A stretch of DNA of 64,000 nt from Candidatus Hadarchaeales archaeon (GCA_038851755.1 JAWCKR010000005.1:14409-78408), one strand, 5' to 3'. Positions 28,595 through 41,149 are shown, counted from the first letter of the stretch. The notes: generated from the sequence alone by a model not told the origin. Numbers and translations: made by a program.

Positions 28595-28628
28595 TTCTGA
28601 TTCTTACGTCCCCCGACCTAAAAGGAAG

Positions 28629-28901
28629 CTAGCCCCGGGGCTTCATCAGCTTCCTGAGTTCCTCCGCCCTGGCAGGGGTAATGATTTTTCTCTTCTCCAG
28701 GTCTTCCAGGCACTTGTCCGCGTACTTGCACCAGACCACGCAGGAAGGGGAGGCCTCCCTGTGGACCTTCCTCCCGCACTTCGGACACTTGGTCTCGGTC
28801 TCGTACTCGAAGAACTCCACTTCCTCCCCACAGGCTGGACAGGTCCTGAGCACGATCTGCGGCTCCACCAGCTTTCTTATCCCGGGGCAGGTGTCCATCA
28901 T
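28629..28901 (-). CDS. Small Cys-rich metal-binding protein
   Basis: CPG, CPAC, CPKC, C-x3-C-x5-C; directly downstream of desulfoferrodoxin. Confidence 0.8.
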   Translation of the reverse strand: MMDTCPGIRKLVEPQIVLRTCPACGEEVEFFEYETETKCPKCGRKVHREASPSCVVWCKYADKCLEDLEKRKIITPARAEELRKLMKPRG

Positions 28902-28912
28902 CCCTCCTCACC

Positions 28913-29284
28913 TCACCTGCTCTTCCAGAGGCCGTGGATGTTGCAGTACTCCCTGGCCCTCTCCGCCTTCACCCTGAACTCCGCCTCCGGTGCCTCGCCT
29001 GGGTTCAGGAACTTCAGGCAGAGGAAACCCTCTCCTTCCGCCTCCACCCACTCGATGTAGTGCTTCTCCTCCATCGGGTGGGGCACCGAACCCACCTTCA
29101 CCTTCGCTCCCCTCTCCGTTCCCTCCACCACCGGCACGTGCTTCTCCCTTCCCACTTCCTCCGTTCTCTCCTGCAGGAGCTCCATGGGCTGACCGCAGCA
29201 GACCAGCTGCCCCCTCCCGGCGTGTAGCACCATCACGATGTTACCGCAGACGTTGCACCTATAGACCTGCTTCCTTTCCGTCAT
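28913..29284 (-). CDS. dfx: Desulfoferrodoxin (2Fe superoxide reductase)
   Basis: CNVCGN...[27 protein letters not shown]. Confidence 0.96.
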   Translation of the reverse strand: MTERKQVYRCNVCGNIVMVLHAGRGQLVCCGQPMELLQERTEEVGREKHVPVVEGTERGAKVKVGSVPHPMEEKHYIEWVEAEGEGFLCLKFLNPGEAPEAEFRVKAERAREYCNIHGLWKSR

Positions 29285-30280
29285 TCATTTCCTCTTTTTT
29301 CCCCGCGATAAAATACTTCTCTTCTTCCCCTTCAGGACCCAAAGAGTCCCCCCGGTCAGGAGAACGAGGATTGCGACGGCCACCGCCACGAGAAGGGGCA
29401 AGGATGTAGCTGGAGGGGAGTACTCATAGGAGATGCTCGTTTCCCCCAGATCACGGATCAAGGACTGAAATAGCTCCATGTTCTCGCCCGAAAACGTGTA
29501 GATTGCGCCCTCGTTCTCAAAGCCCGGGGGGAGGCCGGAAACCGACGCCCCTTCGGGAAGCTTGAGGACCAGGGAAAAGTTTCCCACGGATGTTTCCCCC
29601 AGTAAACCACCCAGGTTGAGGTTCTCGGGCAAGTTCACCACCACCCGGCCTTCCTCATGTGGGAGGCTGAACTCCGAGCGCGCCGAGAGAAGCGCTCCTC
29701 CCTCCGCCAGCTCTAGGGAAAGCTGCAGGCTCAAGGGCAGGTACTCCCTTCCCCTCTCCACCCCTCCCAGCACCACCAGGAGGGAGAACCTCACACCGGG
29801 CTGGAGCACCTTAAGCTCCTTCACCTCCACCTTCTCCAGCACCATCTCCCTCATCTCCTCTGGAAGCTCGATCTCGGGGAACTCCAGCTGGGGGAGTCCC
29901 GTGGATTCCCCTCCCTCCATCAGCTCCCCCAGGGTCTTCCCCTCGTAGGAGGAGAGGAAGGTGTTCAGGAACTGAAGGTCCAAGGAAGAGAGGAGATCCT
30001 CCACCCCCTCGGGAAGCTTCACCTCCGCGCTCCCCCCAAGCTCCAGCTTCACGGAGGAGGAACCCGACGTGGAGACCCTAAGTTCCAGCTCCAGGGGGAA
30101 GAGGTTATCCGTTTCTCCCCGCAGCACGGCCGAGGCCTCCACGAGACACTTCGCCTGGGGAGTCAGCTCCACCTGCAACCGCAGGTTCTCCACCCGCAAC
30201 TCCTTCCCCTTCACTCCGGCTAATCCTGCCGAAGCCAGCAAGAAAAGTGCCATCAACGAAAGGGGGAGGAGCCTCCGCAT
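29285..30280 (-). CDS. Hypothetical exported protein with C-terminal TM anchor
   Basis: Signal peptide, C-terminal hydrophobic helix plus basic tail. Confidence 0.7.
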   Translation of the reverse strand: MRRLLPLSLMALFLLASAGLAGVKGKELRVENLRLQVELTPQAKCLVEASAVLRGETDNLFPLELELRVSTSGSSSVKLELGGSAEVKLPEGVEDLLSSLDLQFLNTFLSSYEGKTLGELMEGGESTGLPQLEFPEIELPEEMREMVLEKVEVKELKVLQPGVRFSLLVVLGGVERGREYLPLSLQLSLELAEGGALLSARSEFSLPHEEGRVVVNLPENLNLGGLLGETSVGNFSLVLKLPEGASVSGLPPGFENEGAIYTFSGENMELFQSLIRDLGETSISYEYSPPATSLPLLVAVAVAILVLLTGGTLWVLKGKKRSILSRGKKRK

Positions 30281-30396
30281 GTCATTCCCTTTAAAATCCC
30301 ACCTTAAATAACAGGGAGTTCCCTCACCCGCTCAGAGGAACATCCCTCCCTCCGGGGGGGTAGAGTTTAAAATGTGGGAGGGGGAAAGAAAGAAAG

Positions 30397-30666
30397 ATGG
30401 AGTTCCCCGAGATCCTGGAAGAGGAGGAAGAAGAGGAAGAGGAGGACTGGATCACAGCGGCCAGACTGGAGGTGCTGGAGTACCTCCTCCGCCGGTACGG
30501 GAACCTGAGGGCCAAGGACCTGGCCGAAATCCTTGGGTGCAAACCCGCCACCATCCAACCCCTCCTGAAGAGGCTCGAGGGATGCGGGAGGGCCAAGTGC
30601 CTGAAGGTGGGGAGAAGCTCGGTGTGGGCGATCAACGAGCGCTTCCCCGATACCATCTACTACTAG
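30397..30666 (+). CDS. Small winged-helix DNA-binding protein
   Basis: LRAKDLAEILGCKPATIQPLLKRLE, wing KVGRSSVW; acidic N-terminus. Confidence 0.75.
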   Translation: MEFPEILEEEEEEEEEDWITAARLEVLEYLLRRYGNLRAKDLAEILGCKPATIQPLLKRLEGCGRAKCLKVGRSSVWAINERFPDTIYY

Positions 30667-30706
30667 GTTCCGATAGGGTAAAAACCGGGGAACCCCAAGG
30701 AATGGC

Positions 30707-30922
30707 GTGGAGAAAATCCCCGAGCTGGAGCTGAAGCTTTCTTCCCTGACCAAGCGGCTGGAGGAGCTGGAGAAGCGCCTGGAGCTGCTGGAGAGGAAGC
30801 AATTCCATCCCAGCCCTCCACCCGGCCCGCAGGAGACTGAGAAACCCAAGAACGAAAAACAGTGGGGTTATCTGAGCAAGACCATAGCCGCGGCCAAGAG
30901 GGAGTACCAGAAAACCCTCTGA
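30707..30922 (+). CDS. Small coiled-coil hypothetical protein
   Basis: Heptad pattern LSSLTKRLEELEKRLELLE. Confidence 0.55.
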   Translation: MEKIPELELKLSSLTKRLEELEKRLELLERKQFHPSPPPGPQETEKPKNEKQWGYLSKTIAAAKREYQKTL

Positions 30923-30964
30923 TTCCCCCAAATAAGGAGGAACCACTATTCCTTCTGGTGGAGC

Positions 30965-31525
30965 ATGAGGGAGGAACTCCTCAGCCCGCTCTTCTGGCTC
31001 CTGATCCTTGGGGGTTGGGTGGCCGGGGTTTCCTTCGGCTACTGGATGGGGGGGGACCTCTCCCGGGAGCTGAGCCTGGTGACCAGCGTTCCCCCACCCT
31101 CCGAGCTGGGGGGATGGTGGGAGCCCCTCCTCTTCTTCGCCCTCACCCCCCTCTCCTGCTACCTGCTCTCCCAGCTCTTCTTCGGTGCGAGCGCCCCGCT
31201 CCTCCTCTTCCTCAGGGGCACCCACGACGGGGGCATCCTGATAAGAACCCTCGAGGCCTCTTTCTCCGGCTTCTCCTTCCCCCACTTCTCCCCACGGGAG
31301 GTCCTCTCCACCCTCTTCATCCTCCTGGTTCTCTCCGTCAACCTCCCCCTCTGCCTCTGGGCCTCCCACCTGGGGACCTCCAGGGCCACCTACCTGAGGC
31401 ACAGGCTCACGGGAAGGCCCATCCGCGCGGGAGAGGGCTCCTCCACCTTCTCCTCCCTCCCCCTCCTCCTTGGTCTCTCCCTGGTGGCCGGTCTCTTCGC
31501 GTCCCTCCTCTTCGGCCACCTGTGA
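30965..31525 (+). CDS. Hypothetical multi-pass membrane protein
   Basis: About five hydrophobic segments. Confidence 0.7.
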   Translation: MREELLSPLFWLLILGGWVAGVSFGYWMGGDLSRELSLVTSVPPPSELGGWWEPLLFFALTPLSCYLLSQLFFGASAPLLLFLRGTHDGGILIRTLEASFSGFSFPHFSPREVLSTLFILLVLSVNLPLCLWASHLGTSRATYLRHRLTGRPIRAGEGSSTFSSLPLLLGLSLVAGLFASLLFGHL

Positions 31526-31538
31526 GGTCAGAAGGGAT

Positions 31539-32657
31539 TCAGGCGGGCCTGAACCTGTCCTTAAGCTTCTCGAGCACCTTCGGGAGGGTGGTGTACTCCA
31601 TGGCGTCGTGGGCCAGACGGGCGGGCTCGAACTCGCCCATCCTCCTCAGCACCGCCATGTACTCCATCGCCTCCCTCCTGGCCAGGTCAAAGGCCACGTC
31701 CTCGAAAAGGTCCGCCACCATCGGGTTGCCCGAGTCGTCCTTGGCTATGGCCCCCTCGCAGACCTGGAAGCCCAGCCCCACCAGCCTGGGGGGCCCGTCG
31801 AAGACCGTGCACCTTGAGTCCTTCAGCCCCACCGGCATCAGGGGGCCCCAGTGGCTTCCCCTCATCCAACCCTCCACGAAGTAGCTGTGCATGAAGGGGG
31901 CCAGGATCTCGCCCACCGCCGGCAGGCCATGCTGGGCCCTCACCACGCACACTGGGTCGTCCTTGCCCACGTACTTCCCTGCGATCAGGGAAAGCTTGGT
32001 GGTGCTGGTGGAGGCGCAAACCATATCATCGGAAGCCCTCCAGATCCTGGAGATCACGTACCTCCCGGGGCTGCCCACCAGCGCCAGCACCTCGTACATC
32101 TCCTCCGGGCACTTCAGCACGATCTTCTTGCTCTCTATCAGGTCGAACACCTCGAACTTGAACCCTCCCACCATGGCGGGGTCGATGACCAGGCCAGCTG
32201 TGTTGAAGGGATCGGCGAAGGCCTTGAAGAGGGGATAGTTGAAGGCGCCCGGCTCCGTCTTGTCCATCGCCAGGACTATCACGGGATCGGAAGGACGCTC
32301 CTCGAACTCCATCTCCGCCACCCCCGGACCCATTCCCTTTACGTTGCCGCTGAAGGCCGTCTTCAGGATGTCCTGCCCCGCCGCGTAGAGCTTCAAGCTC
32401 CTGGACCTCTCCGCGGCCTTCCTGAAGGTCTCCCAGGCCAGGCCGTGGATCTCGGGGTTGTCCTCCCCCCTCCGGTGCACCATGAGGAGCTCCAGGTCGT
32501 CCCCGGCGTTGAACACGTAGGAGCTGTTGATCAGGCCCTCTTTCTCCGCCTTCTTCAGCTCCTCCCTGGCCACCCTCAGGAGGGGTTCCGGCACGGTGTG
32601 ATGTCCCACCAGCGAGCCCACGTCAGCCTTGATCACCGATACCGTGGTCTTGACCAT
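31539..32657 (-). CDS. fbp: Bifunctional fructose-1,6-bisphosphate aldolase/phosphatase
   Basis: SVIKADVG, GDDL, DKTEPGAFN, YVGKDDP, GWMRGSH, MEYTTLP. Confidence 0.97.
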   Translation of the reverse strand: MVKTTVSVIKADVGSLVGHHTVPEPLLRVAREELKKAEKEGLINSSYVFNAGDDLELLMVHRRGEDNPEIHGLAWETFRKAAERSRSLKLYAAGQDILKTAFSGNVKGMGPGVAEMEFEERPSDPVIVLAMDKTEPGAFNYPLFKAFADPFNTAGLVIDPAMVGGFKFEVFDLIESKKIVLKCPEEMYEVLALVGSPGRYVISRIWRASDDMVCASTSTTKLSLIAGKYVGKDDPVCVVRAQHGLPAVGEILAPFMHSYFVEGWMRGSHWGPLMPVGLKDSRCTVFDGPPRLVGLGFQVCEGAIAKDDSGNPMVADLFEDVAFDLARREAMEYMAVLRRMGEFEPARLAHDAMEYTTLPKVLEKLKDRFRPA

Positions 32658-32689
32658 CTCCCTACTTCCTTCCGCGGATATAAAAAGAC

Positions 32690-32878
32690 TCAGCGGACCC
32701 TGAGGGCGTAGCTCCCTTCCTGCTTGATCTTGAGGGCCTTGGCTATCTGGGACCTCTCCGGATCCCTCACCACCACGTATCCCTTCCACTCCGAGGAAAA
32801 GGAGTTCCCCTTGCAGACAGGACAAACCTCCGCCTTGCCCACTATCCTGTAGCACTTCTTGCAGGCCTGCTCCTTCAT
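32690..32878 (-). CDS. spt4: Transcription elongation factor Spt4 (RpoE'')
   Basis: ACKKC...CPVC, SEWKG, SQIA, GSYALRVR. Confidence 0.95.
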   Translation of the reverse strand: MKEQACKKCYRIVGKAEVCPVCKGNSFSSEWKGYVVVRDPERSQIAKALKIKQEGSYALRVR

Positions 32879-33432
32879 CCCTTACCCCCCTTCTTTCCCT
32901 CCGCCAACCACTCCAGCTTGCCCAGACCAGGCTGGCGCATGGTGAGCCCCACCTTCCCCCTGTAGTCCCTCCTGAGGCTGACCGACACCACCCTGGCCCT
33001 TAGCCTGTCCCCCTCCTTCAGCGACCTCCCCGTTTCCTTTCCCACCAGGGCCCCTTTCTTCTCGTCGTAGGAAACGTAGTCGTCCATGACCTGCGAGATA
33101 TGGAGGAGGGCGTCCAGAGGGCCCACCCTGACGAAGCTCCCGAAGCTCACCACCTCCACCACCTCCCCCAGCACCACCTCGTTCAGCTCTGGGCGGTAGG
33201 TGAGGGCCTCGAAGACCACCTGGTGGTAGCTGGCCCCGTCCCCCATGATCACCCTCCCCACCCCTATCTCCTTCACCCCCGTGATGGCCACCACCATCCC
33301 CACATCTTTGTCCATCACCCCTTCGTAGGTCTGCTGCAGCAGCTCCGCCACCACCTTCTCCAGGGGCTCGCCGAAGCGGTGGGGTGGAACCCTCACCGTG
33401 TCCCTCAGAGTCACCCTCCAGTGCACTTCCAC
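32875..33432 (-). CDS. rpo7: RNA polymerase subunit Rpo7 (E')
   Basis: DTVRVPP, GDGASY, GPLDALLHISQVMDD, GLTMRQPGLGKLEW. Confidence 0.96.
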   Translation of the reverse strand: MEVHWRVTLRDTVRVPPHRFGEPLEKVVAELLQQTYEGVMDKDVGMVVAITGVKEIGVGRVIMGDGASYHQVVFEALTYRPELNEVVLGEVVEVVSFGSFVRVGPLDALLHISQVMDDYVSYDEKKGALVGKETGRSLKEGDRLRARVVSVSLRRDYRGKVGLTMRQPGLGKLEWLAEGKKGGKG

Positions 33433-33492
33433 ACCTCCAGACCAGAGAACCTAATCATCCTCACCAAAGAGCCTATTAAAAGGTTGCCGAAC

Positions 33493-33900
33493 TCACTCCA
33501 GGTCGCGGCTGAGCATCAGGTAGGACCTGTGCCTCAGACGGGCCACCGGAATCCCCACCTTCTCAAGCTTCTTCTGGAGTACCCTGTCGTTGGTGCCCAC
33601 CACGCAGCCCTTGGCCCCCTCCTTCTGGGCCAGCTTCAGGATGGTCTCGTCCGCATCCTCCCCGCCCTCCACGATCTCCCCCTGCTCAGCCAGGACCATC
33701 CCCAGTCTGGCGGAAGACCTCTCGCTCGGGGTTCCCCTCCTCGCCAGATACTCCAGCTCCTTCAGCACGGGGGAGGGGATGAGGAGCTTGTACCTCCTCT
33801 CCAGCAGCCTGTTCAGCTCGCTGATGATGTCCACTCCGAAGGTCCCCGGTATCATCAGGAAACTCGTGTCCGCTATCACCTTCAGGTACTTCAATTCCAT
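33493..33900 (-). CDS. PIN-domain protein (Fcf1-like)
   Basis: DTSFL, VLKELE, ADETI, TNDRVL; conserved context upstream of rpo7. Confidence 0.88.
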   Translation of the reverse strand: MELKYLKVIADTSFLMIPGTFGVDIISELNRLLERRYKLLIPSPVLKELEYLARRGTPSERSSARLGMVLAEQGEIVEGGEDADETILKLAQKEGAKGCVVGTNDRVLQKKLEKVGIPVARLRHRSYLMLSRDLE

Positions 33901-33947
33901 CCCTTAGGGCCCTCTCAATAAAGAAAAGACCTGAGTCCTTAAAAAAA

Positions 33948-34718
33948 ATGATGCTGGTCTTCGTGGGACTGGGCCTTTGCGGCCAAGAGGGACTCTCCCT
34001 CAGGGGGCTGAAAACCGCCAGGGAGGCCGACTGGGTGTACGCCGAGCACTACACCAGCCTCCTCCCCGAGCTGGACCTGGGGAAACTGGAGGAGCTTGTG
34101 GGGAAAAACGTGAAGCTGGTGGACCGGAAGACCCTGGAGGAGCACCCAGAGGAGATCCTGGAAAGAGCGGAGAGGGGAAGGGTGGCCCTGCTGGTTCCAG
34201 GGGACTCCATGGTGGCCACCACCCACGTGGACCTCAGGCTGAGGGCGGAGAGGAGGGGCATCCGCACCCTGGTGGTCCCCTCGCCCTCCATCCTCTCCGC
34301 GGCCCCGGGGCTCACGGGGCTGCAGAGCTACAAGTTCGGTCGCTCCGCCACCATCCCCTTCAGGGACAACCCCTCCAGGACCCCCTACGACACCCTGGTG
34401 GAGAACCGGGAAAGGGGGCTGCACACCCTCCTCCTCCTCGACCTGAGGGCGGAGGAGGGCAGGTACATGACGGCGAGGGAGGGGATGGAGGTCATGCTGG
34501 AGCTGGAGTCCAGGATGGGAAAGGGGGTCTTCACCAGGGACAGCCTGGTGGTGGTTCTGGCCCGCGCGGGATGCTCCGACGGGAGGGTGAGGGCGGGGAG
34601 GGTGGGGAAGCTGATGGAGGAGGACTTCGGGCCCCCCCCACACGCGCTGGTCGTCCCGGGGAGGCTGCACTTTCTTGAGGAGGAGGCGCTGAGGGTACTG
34701 GCGGGGGCTGAGCCTTGA
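33948..34718 (+). CDS. dph5: Diphthine synthase
   Basis: VGLGL, EHYTS, ATTHVDL, GLQSYKFG, GLHTLLLLD, FGPPPH. Confidence 0.95.
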   Translation: MMLVFVGLGLCGQEGLSLRGLKTAREADWVYAEHYTSLLPELDLGKLEELVGKNVKLVDRKTLEEHPEEILERAERGRVALLVPGDSMVATTHVDLRLRAERRGIRTLVVPSPSILSAAPGLTGLQSYKFGRSATIPFRDNPSRTPYDTLVENRERGLHTLLLLDLRAEEGRYMTAREGMEVMLELESRMGKGVFTRDSLVVVLARAGCSDGRVRAGRVGKLMEEDFGPPPHALVVPGRLHFLEEEALRVLAGAEP

Positions 34719-34960
34719 GGGACCCGAAGGAGGAGCTGGAAGCCGAGATAGAGAGATGGTCGAAAAGGCTGGAGGAGGCCTTGGAGAAAACCAGGCCCCT
34801 AGACAAGAGAGGGGAAAAGCTCCTGGAGAACATCAGGGCTTACCAGCAGGACTCTTCCCACTTCAGGTCCCACTCGCCCGTGAAGAGCTTCGAGTGCCTG
34901 GTGTGGGCCTGGGCCCTGCTGGAGATGGGGAAGGAGTTCGGCTGCCTCTCAGGGCCCTAG
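34715..34960 (+). CDS. DUF357-like protein
   Basis: ENIRAYQQDSSHF, SFECLVWAWALLE; typical neighbour of dph5. Confidence 0.8.
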   Translation: MRDPKEELEAEIERWSKRLEEALEKTRPLDKRGEKLLENIRAYQQDSSHFRSHSPVKSFECLVWAWALLEMGKEFGCLSGP

Positions 34961-35596
34961 CGCGGAAGCCAGCCTCCTGACCTCCCCCACCGCCTCCTCC
35001 ACCGCCCTCTCCAGCATCCTCTTTCCCAGCCTGAGGTCCGCCCTCACCCCTCCCTCCAGAACCTCCCTGGCATGCCTCTCAGCCCACTCGTACCTACGGC
35101 GAGCCTTCTCCAGCCCGGCGAAGCCCACCTCCGGGTGCCTCTCGGGGTCCACGTGCTCCCTCAGCCTGGAGAGGTCCGCCAGGCCTGCTGCCGCCGCCGC
35201 GCTGACCTCCCCCGTCCCCGCGTGTGGCCCCTCCAGGTCCACCAGCAGGGTGCTGAAGGCCAGCTTCATCCCCAGCCTCTTCTCCAGACGCGGCAGACGG
35301 TCCCTGAGGGGCTTGTTCCCCCCGTGAGCATTGACCAGCACCGCCGCCCTCACTCCCAGTACCTCCCTGGCCTCCTTCAGCCTCCTACACAGCTCACCCA
35401 CCACCTTCCCCAGCGGGTGGTGTCTACCCGTCTCTATGAGGGGAAGCTCGTAGGAGGTGAGGAGGACCCCCAGGAACTTGGCCCCGCTGCGCTTGGCAGC
35501 TTCCAGGGCCACGTGGGCCGCCAGCTTGGCATCGGTGTCGGGGGGGAGCACCGCCCCATGCCTCTCCTGGTGAGAGCCCAGGGCCAGCACTCCCAC
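34949..35596 (-). CDS. arfB: Creatininase-family formamide hydrolase ArfB (riboflavin/F420 pathway)
   Basis: LGSHQERHGAVLPPDTD, NAHGGN, HAGTGE; last gene of rib operon; start approximate. Confidence 0.85.
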   Translation of the reverse strand: MGVLALGSHQERHGAVLPPDTDAKLAAHVALEAAKRSGAKFLGVLLTSYELPLIETGRHHPLGKVVGELCRRLKEAREVLGVRAAVLVNAHGGNKPLRDRLPRLEKRLGMKLAFSTLLVDLEGPHAGTGEVSAAAAAGLADLSRLREHVDPERHPEVGFAGLEKARRRYEWAERHAREVLEGGVRADLRLGKRMLERAVEEAVGEVRRLASALGP

Positions 35597-35603
35597 CCTG
35601 GTT

Positions 35604-36014
35604 TCAGCCGATCCCCAGCCTTCTGGCCGTCTTGACCGCACTCTCCACCGCTCTCCTGGCGTACTCGTTCACCCTGTCCAGCGCCTGCAGTCTGGTCATG
35701 CCCGGTCCGGAGATGCCCAGCGCCACCGGCTTGCCGTACTCAAGAGCAAGGTCCATCAGCTTCCTGGTCGTGTGCTGCATGATCACCTCGTCGTGCTCCG
35801 TCTCCCCCTCTATCACCGCCCCCAGCGTCACCACGGCGTCCACCTTTCCCTCCGAAAGCAGCTTCTTCACCGCCACCGGTATCTCCCAGACCCCGGGAAC
35901 CAGCACTTCCCTCTCCAACGACGCACCCAGGAACTCCGCGTGCCTCTTCGCGAACTCCACCATGGGTCCCACTACGTCCCAGGAGAACTCGCTCGCCACC
36001 AGTCCCAGCTTCAC
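35604..36014 (-). CDS. ribH: 6,7-dimethyl-8-ribityllumazine synthase
   Basis: VPGVWEIP, LGAVIEGETEHD, GISGPGM. Confidence 0.94.
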   Translation of the reverse strand: MKLGLVASEFSWDVVGPMVEFAKRHAEFLGASLEREVLVPGVWEIPVAVKKLLSEGKVDAVVTLGAVIEGETEHDEVIMQHTTRKLMDLALEYGKPVALGISGPGMTRLQALDRVNEYARRAVESAVKTARRLGIG

Positions 36015-36021
36015 CAGGTTC

Positions 36022-37811
<1,790 letters not shown>

Positions 37812-37813
<2 letters not shown>

Positions 37814-37840
37814 TTTACCACTTTTGGTTAAATTACCAAA
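37812..37840. promoter_or_regulatory. Overlapping palindromes; candidate RbkR operator
   Basis: ATTTTACCA-CTTT-TGGTAAAAT and TTTGGTAA-AA-TTACCAAA at the start of the rib operon. Confidence 0.65.
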
Positions 37841-37877
37841 TGTGATTTCTTACCCGCTCGGAGGAAGTTATATATAA

Positions 37878-38900
<1,023 letters not shown>

Positions 38901-40112
38901 ATGTCGATCCCCACTCTGGACCAGGCGGACGTGAAGGGCAGGACCGTTCTCCTCAGGGTGGACATCAACTCCCCCCTCGACCCCAGGACAGGTGACATCC
39001 TGGAGGACTCCAGGATGAGGGAGTCGGCACCCACCATCAAGGAGCTGGCGGAAAAGGGGGCGAAGGTGGTGGTGCTGGCCCACCAGGGAAGACCGGGGGA
39101 CGAGGACTTCACCAGGCTGGAAAAGCATGCGAGGAGAATGGGCGAAATCCTGGGCATGCCCGTGAGGTACGTTCCCGACCTGCTGGGGCCCTCCGCAAAG
39201 GAGGCCATCAGAGGGTTGAAACCTGGAGAGATCCTTTTGCTGGAGAACGTGAGATTCCTCGCTGAAGAGTCCCTGAGTGGCCCACCGGAAGAGATGGCCA
39301 AAACCTTCCTGGTGAGGGAACTCTCCTCCCTGGCCGACCTCTACGTGAACGACGCCTTCGGGGCCGCACACCGCGGGCAGCCCTCGCTGGTGGGCTTCGG
39401 AGCCGTGCTCCCCACGTATGCGGGTAGGTTGATGGAAAGGGAGCTGAAGGGGCTGGGCAGGGGGAGGGAGCCGGAGAGGCCCTGCGTCTACGTGCTGGGT
39501 GGGGGGAAGTCCAAGGATTCCATGAGCATGATCGAGAACGTGCTTTCGAAGGGAATCGCCGACTGGGTCCTCACGGGCGGGCTGGTTTCACTGCTCTTCC
39601 TCTCGGCCTCAGGAGTGGACCTGGGGGGACCCAACCTGCAGGTCCTGAAGGAAAAGGGATTCGAGAAGGAAAGGGAGAGAGCCAAGAGATTACTGTCCAC
39701 CTACGGGGAGAGGATAAAGCTTCCCGTGGACGTGGCCGTGGAGAGGAAAGGGAGAAGGGAGGAGGTGGAGGTTTCCAAGCTCCCCGTGGACGCACCCGTG
39801 AAAGACGTGGGGGGCAGGACCATAAGTGAATACTCCGAGCTCATCAGAAAGGCCAAAACCGTGGTGGCCAACGGCCCGCTGGGGGTGTTTGAGGAGGAGA
39901 ACTTCGAGAAGGGAACGGTGGAGGTGCTGCGGGCCATGGCCGGGTCAGGAGCCTACACCATCGTGGGTGGGGGTCACATGGTGGCCGCGGCCGAGAAGGC
40001 TGGAGTGCTCTCCAAAATCAGCCACGTGAGCACCGGAGGTGGGGCCTGCATAAGCTTCCTGGCCGGGGAGCCCATGCCGGTGGTGGAACTCCTTCTGAAG
40101 GCCAGGCGCTAA
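38901..40112 (+). CDS. pgk: Phosphoglycerate kinase (archaeal type)
   Basis: LRVDINSP, AHQGRPG, LLENVRF, NDAFGAAHR, STGGGA. Confidence 0.96.
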   Translation: MSIPTLDQADVKGRTVLLRVDINSPLDPRTGDILEDSRMRESAPTIKELAEKGAKVVVLAHQGRPGDEDFTRLEKHARRMGEILGMPVRYVPDLLGPSAKEAIRGLKPGEILLLENVRFLAEESLSGPPEEMAKTFLVRELSSLADLYVNDAFGAAHRGQPSLVGFGAVLPTYAGRLMERELKGLGRGREPERPCVYVLGGGKSKDSMSMIENVLSKGIADWVLTGGLVSLLFLSASGVDLGGPNLQVLKEKGFEKERERAKRLLSTYGERIKLPVDVAVERKGRREEVEVSKLPVDAPVKDVGGRTISEYSELIRKAKTVVANGPLGVFEEENFEKGTVEVLRAMAGSGAYTIVGGGHMVAAAEKAGVLSKISHVSTGGGACISFLAGEPMPVVELLLKARR

Positions 40113-41149
40113 TCCCATTCCCCGGGCCAGAGACCCAGCTCTTTCGCCGTGCGTTTCACCTCTTCCCAGATTTCGTTGGGGAGGGGGATACCCTCCCTCA
40201 GGTACCTCTCCCTCTTCCTGAACTCCGGCTCCCCGGGAAGGAGAATCTCCTGGACGCCCTCCGCCCTCCTGGAGGATTTCACCTCCCGGATGAACTCCTC
40301 AGCTTCACCCAGGAACTTCTCCCTGTCGGTAAAGGCCGAAGGGTCCAGCGCCAGCATCAGGTCCCCCTTCGTGCAGAAGCCCTCCACCGGTTCCAGCGTC
40401 CCCCTGACCTTCTTCCCCGCGGCGGCGTTCACCATGGGACCTGCCAAGAGTTCCAGCACGAAAGCCAGCCCGTATCCCTTGGGACCACCGAAGGGGCTGA
40501 GGGCCCCCTTCAGCCCCTCCTCGGGATCGGTGGTGGGCCTTCCCTCCCTGTCCACCGCCCAGCCCTCCGGTATCCTCTCCCCCTTTTTGGCTGCCTCCAC
40601 CAGCTTCCCCCTGGCCGCCACGCTCATCGCCATGTCCAGAAGGATGGGGGGACGGGTGGGGAGACCCAAGGCAAGGGCGTTGGTTCCCAGCAGGGGCTCG
40701 CACCCACCCCAGGGGTGCACCAGGGGATCGGTGGTGGTGGCCACCACCCCCACCATGCCCTCCTTCATGGCCATCTCCGCGTAGTATCCAGCGATGCCGA
40801 AGTGATTGGAGTTGAACACGCCCACCGCCCCTATCCCCGCCTTCCTGGCCTTCTCCACGGCCAGCGACATCGCCCTCTTGGCCACATGGTGCCCCAGCCC
40901 GTGGCCCCCGTCCAGCAGCGCCGTGGCCTGGGTCTCCCTGACCACCCTCACCTCCGCCCGCGGGAGGATGGTCCCCCTCCTCAGCGCCCTCAGGATGTAG
41001 GGGAGCCTCAGCAGGCCGTGGGAGTGAAAGCCCCTCAAATCACCCTCCGTCAGCACCTCCGCCACGTCCTCCGCCTCCTCCTCCCCCGACCCTCCCCTCA
41101 GGAGGAGGGTGCGTATCACCTCCTTCTCCCTCTCAGCCGTGAGGATCAT
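40109..41149 (-). CDS. Ldh_2-family oxidoreductase (ComC sulfolactate / malate dehydrogenase-like)
   Basis: DLRGFHSHG, NHFG, LGTNAL, GGPKGYGL, CTKGDL. Confidence 0.88.
   Translation of the reverse strand: MILTAEREKEVIRTLLLRGGSGEEEAEDVAEVLTEGDLRGFHSHGLLRLPYILRALRRGTILPRAEVRVVRETQATALLDGGHGLGHHVAKRAMSLAVEKARKAGIGAVGVFNSNHFGIAGYYAEMAMKEGMVGVVATTTDPLVHPWGGCEPLLGTNALALGLPTRPPILLDMAMSVAARGKLVEAAKKGERIPEGWAVDREGRPTTDPEEGLKGALSPFGGPKGYGLAFVLELLAGPMVNAAAGKKVRGTLEPVEGFCTKGDLMLALDPSAFTDREKFLGEAEEFIREVKSSRRAEGVQEILLPGEPEFRKRERYLREGIPLPNEIWEEVKRTAKELGLWPGEWD

Noticed and set aside
30418-30447. GAG/GAA triplet run
   Set aside because: Encodes a poly-Glu tract; not a separate repeat feature
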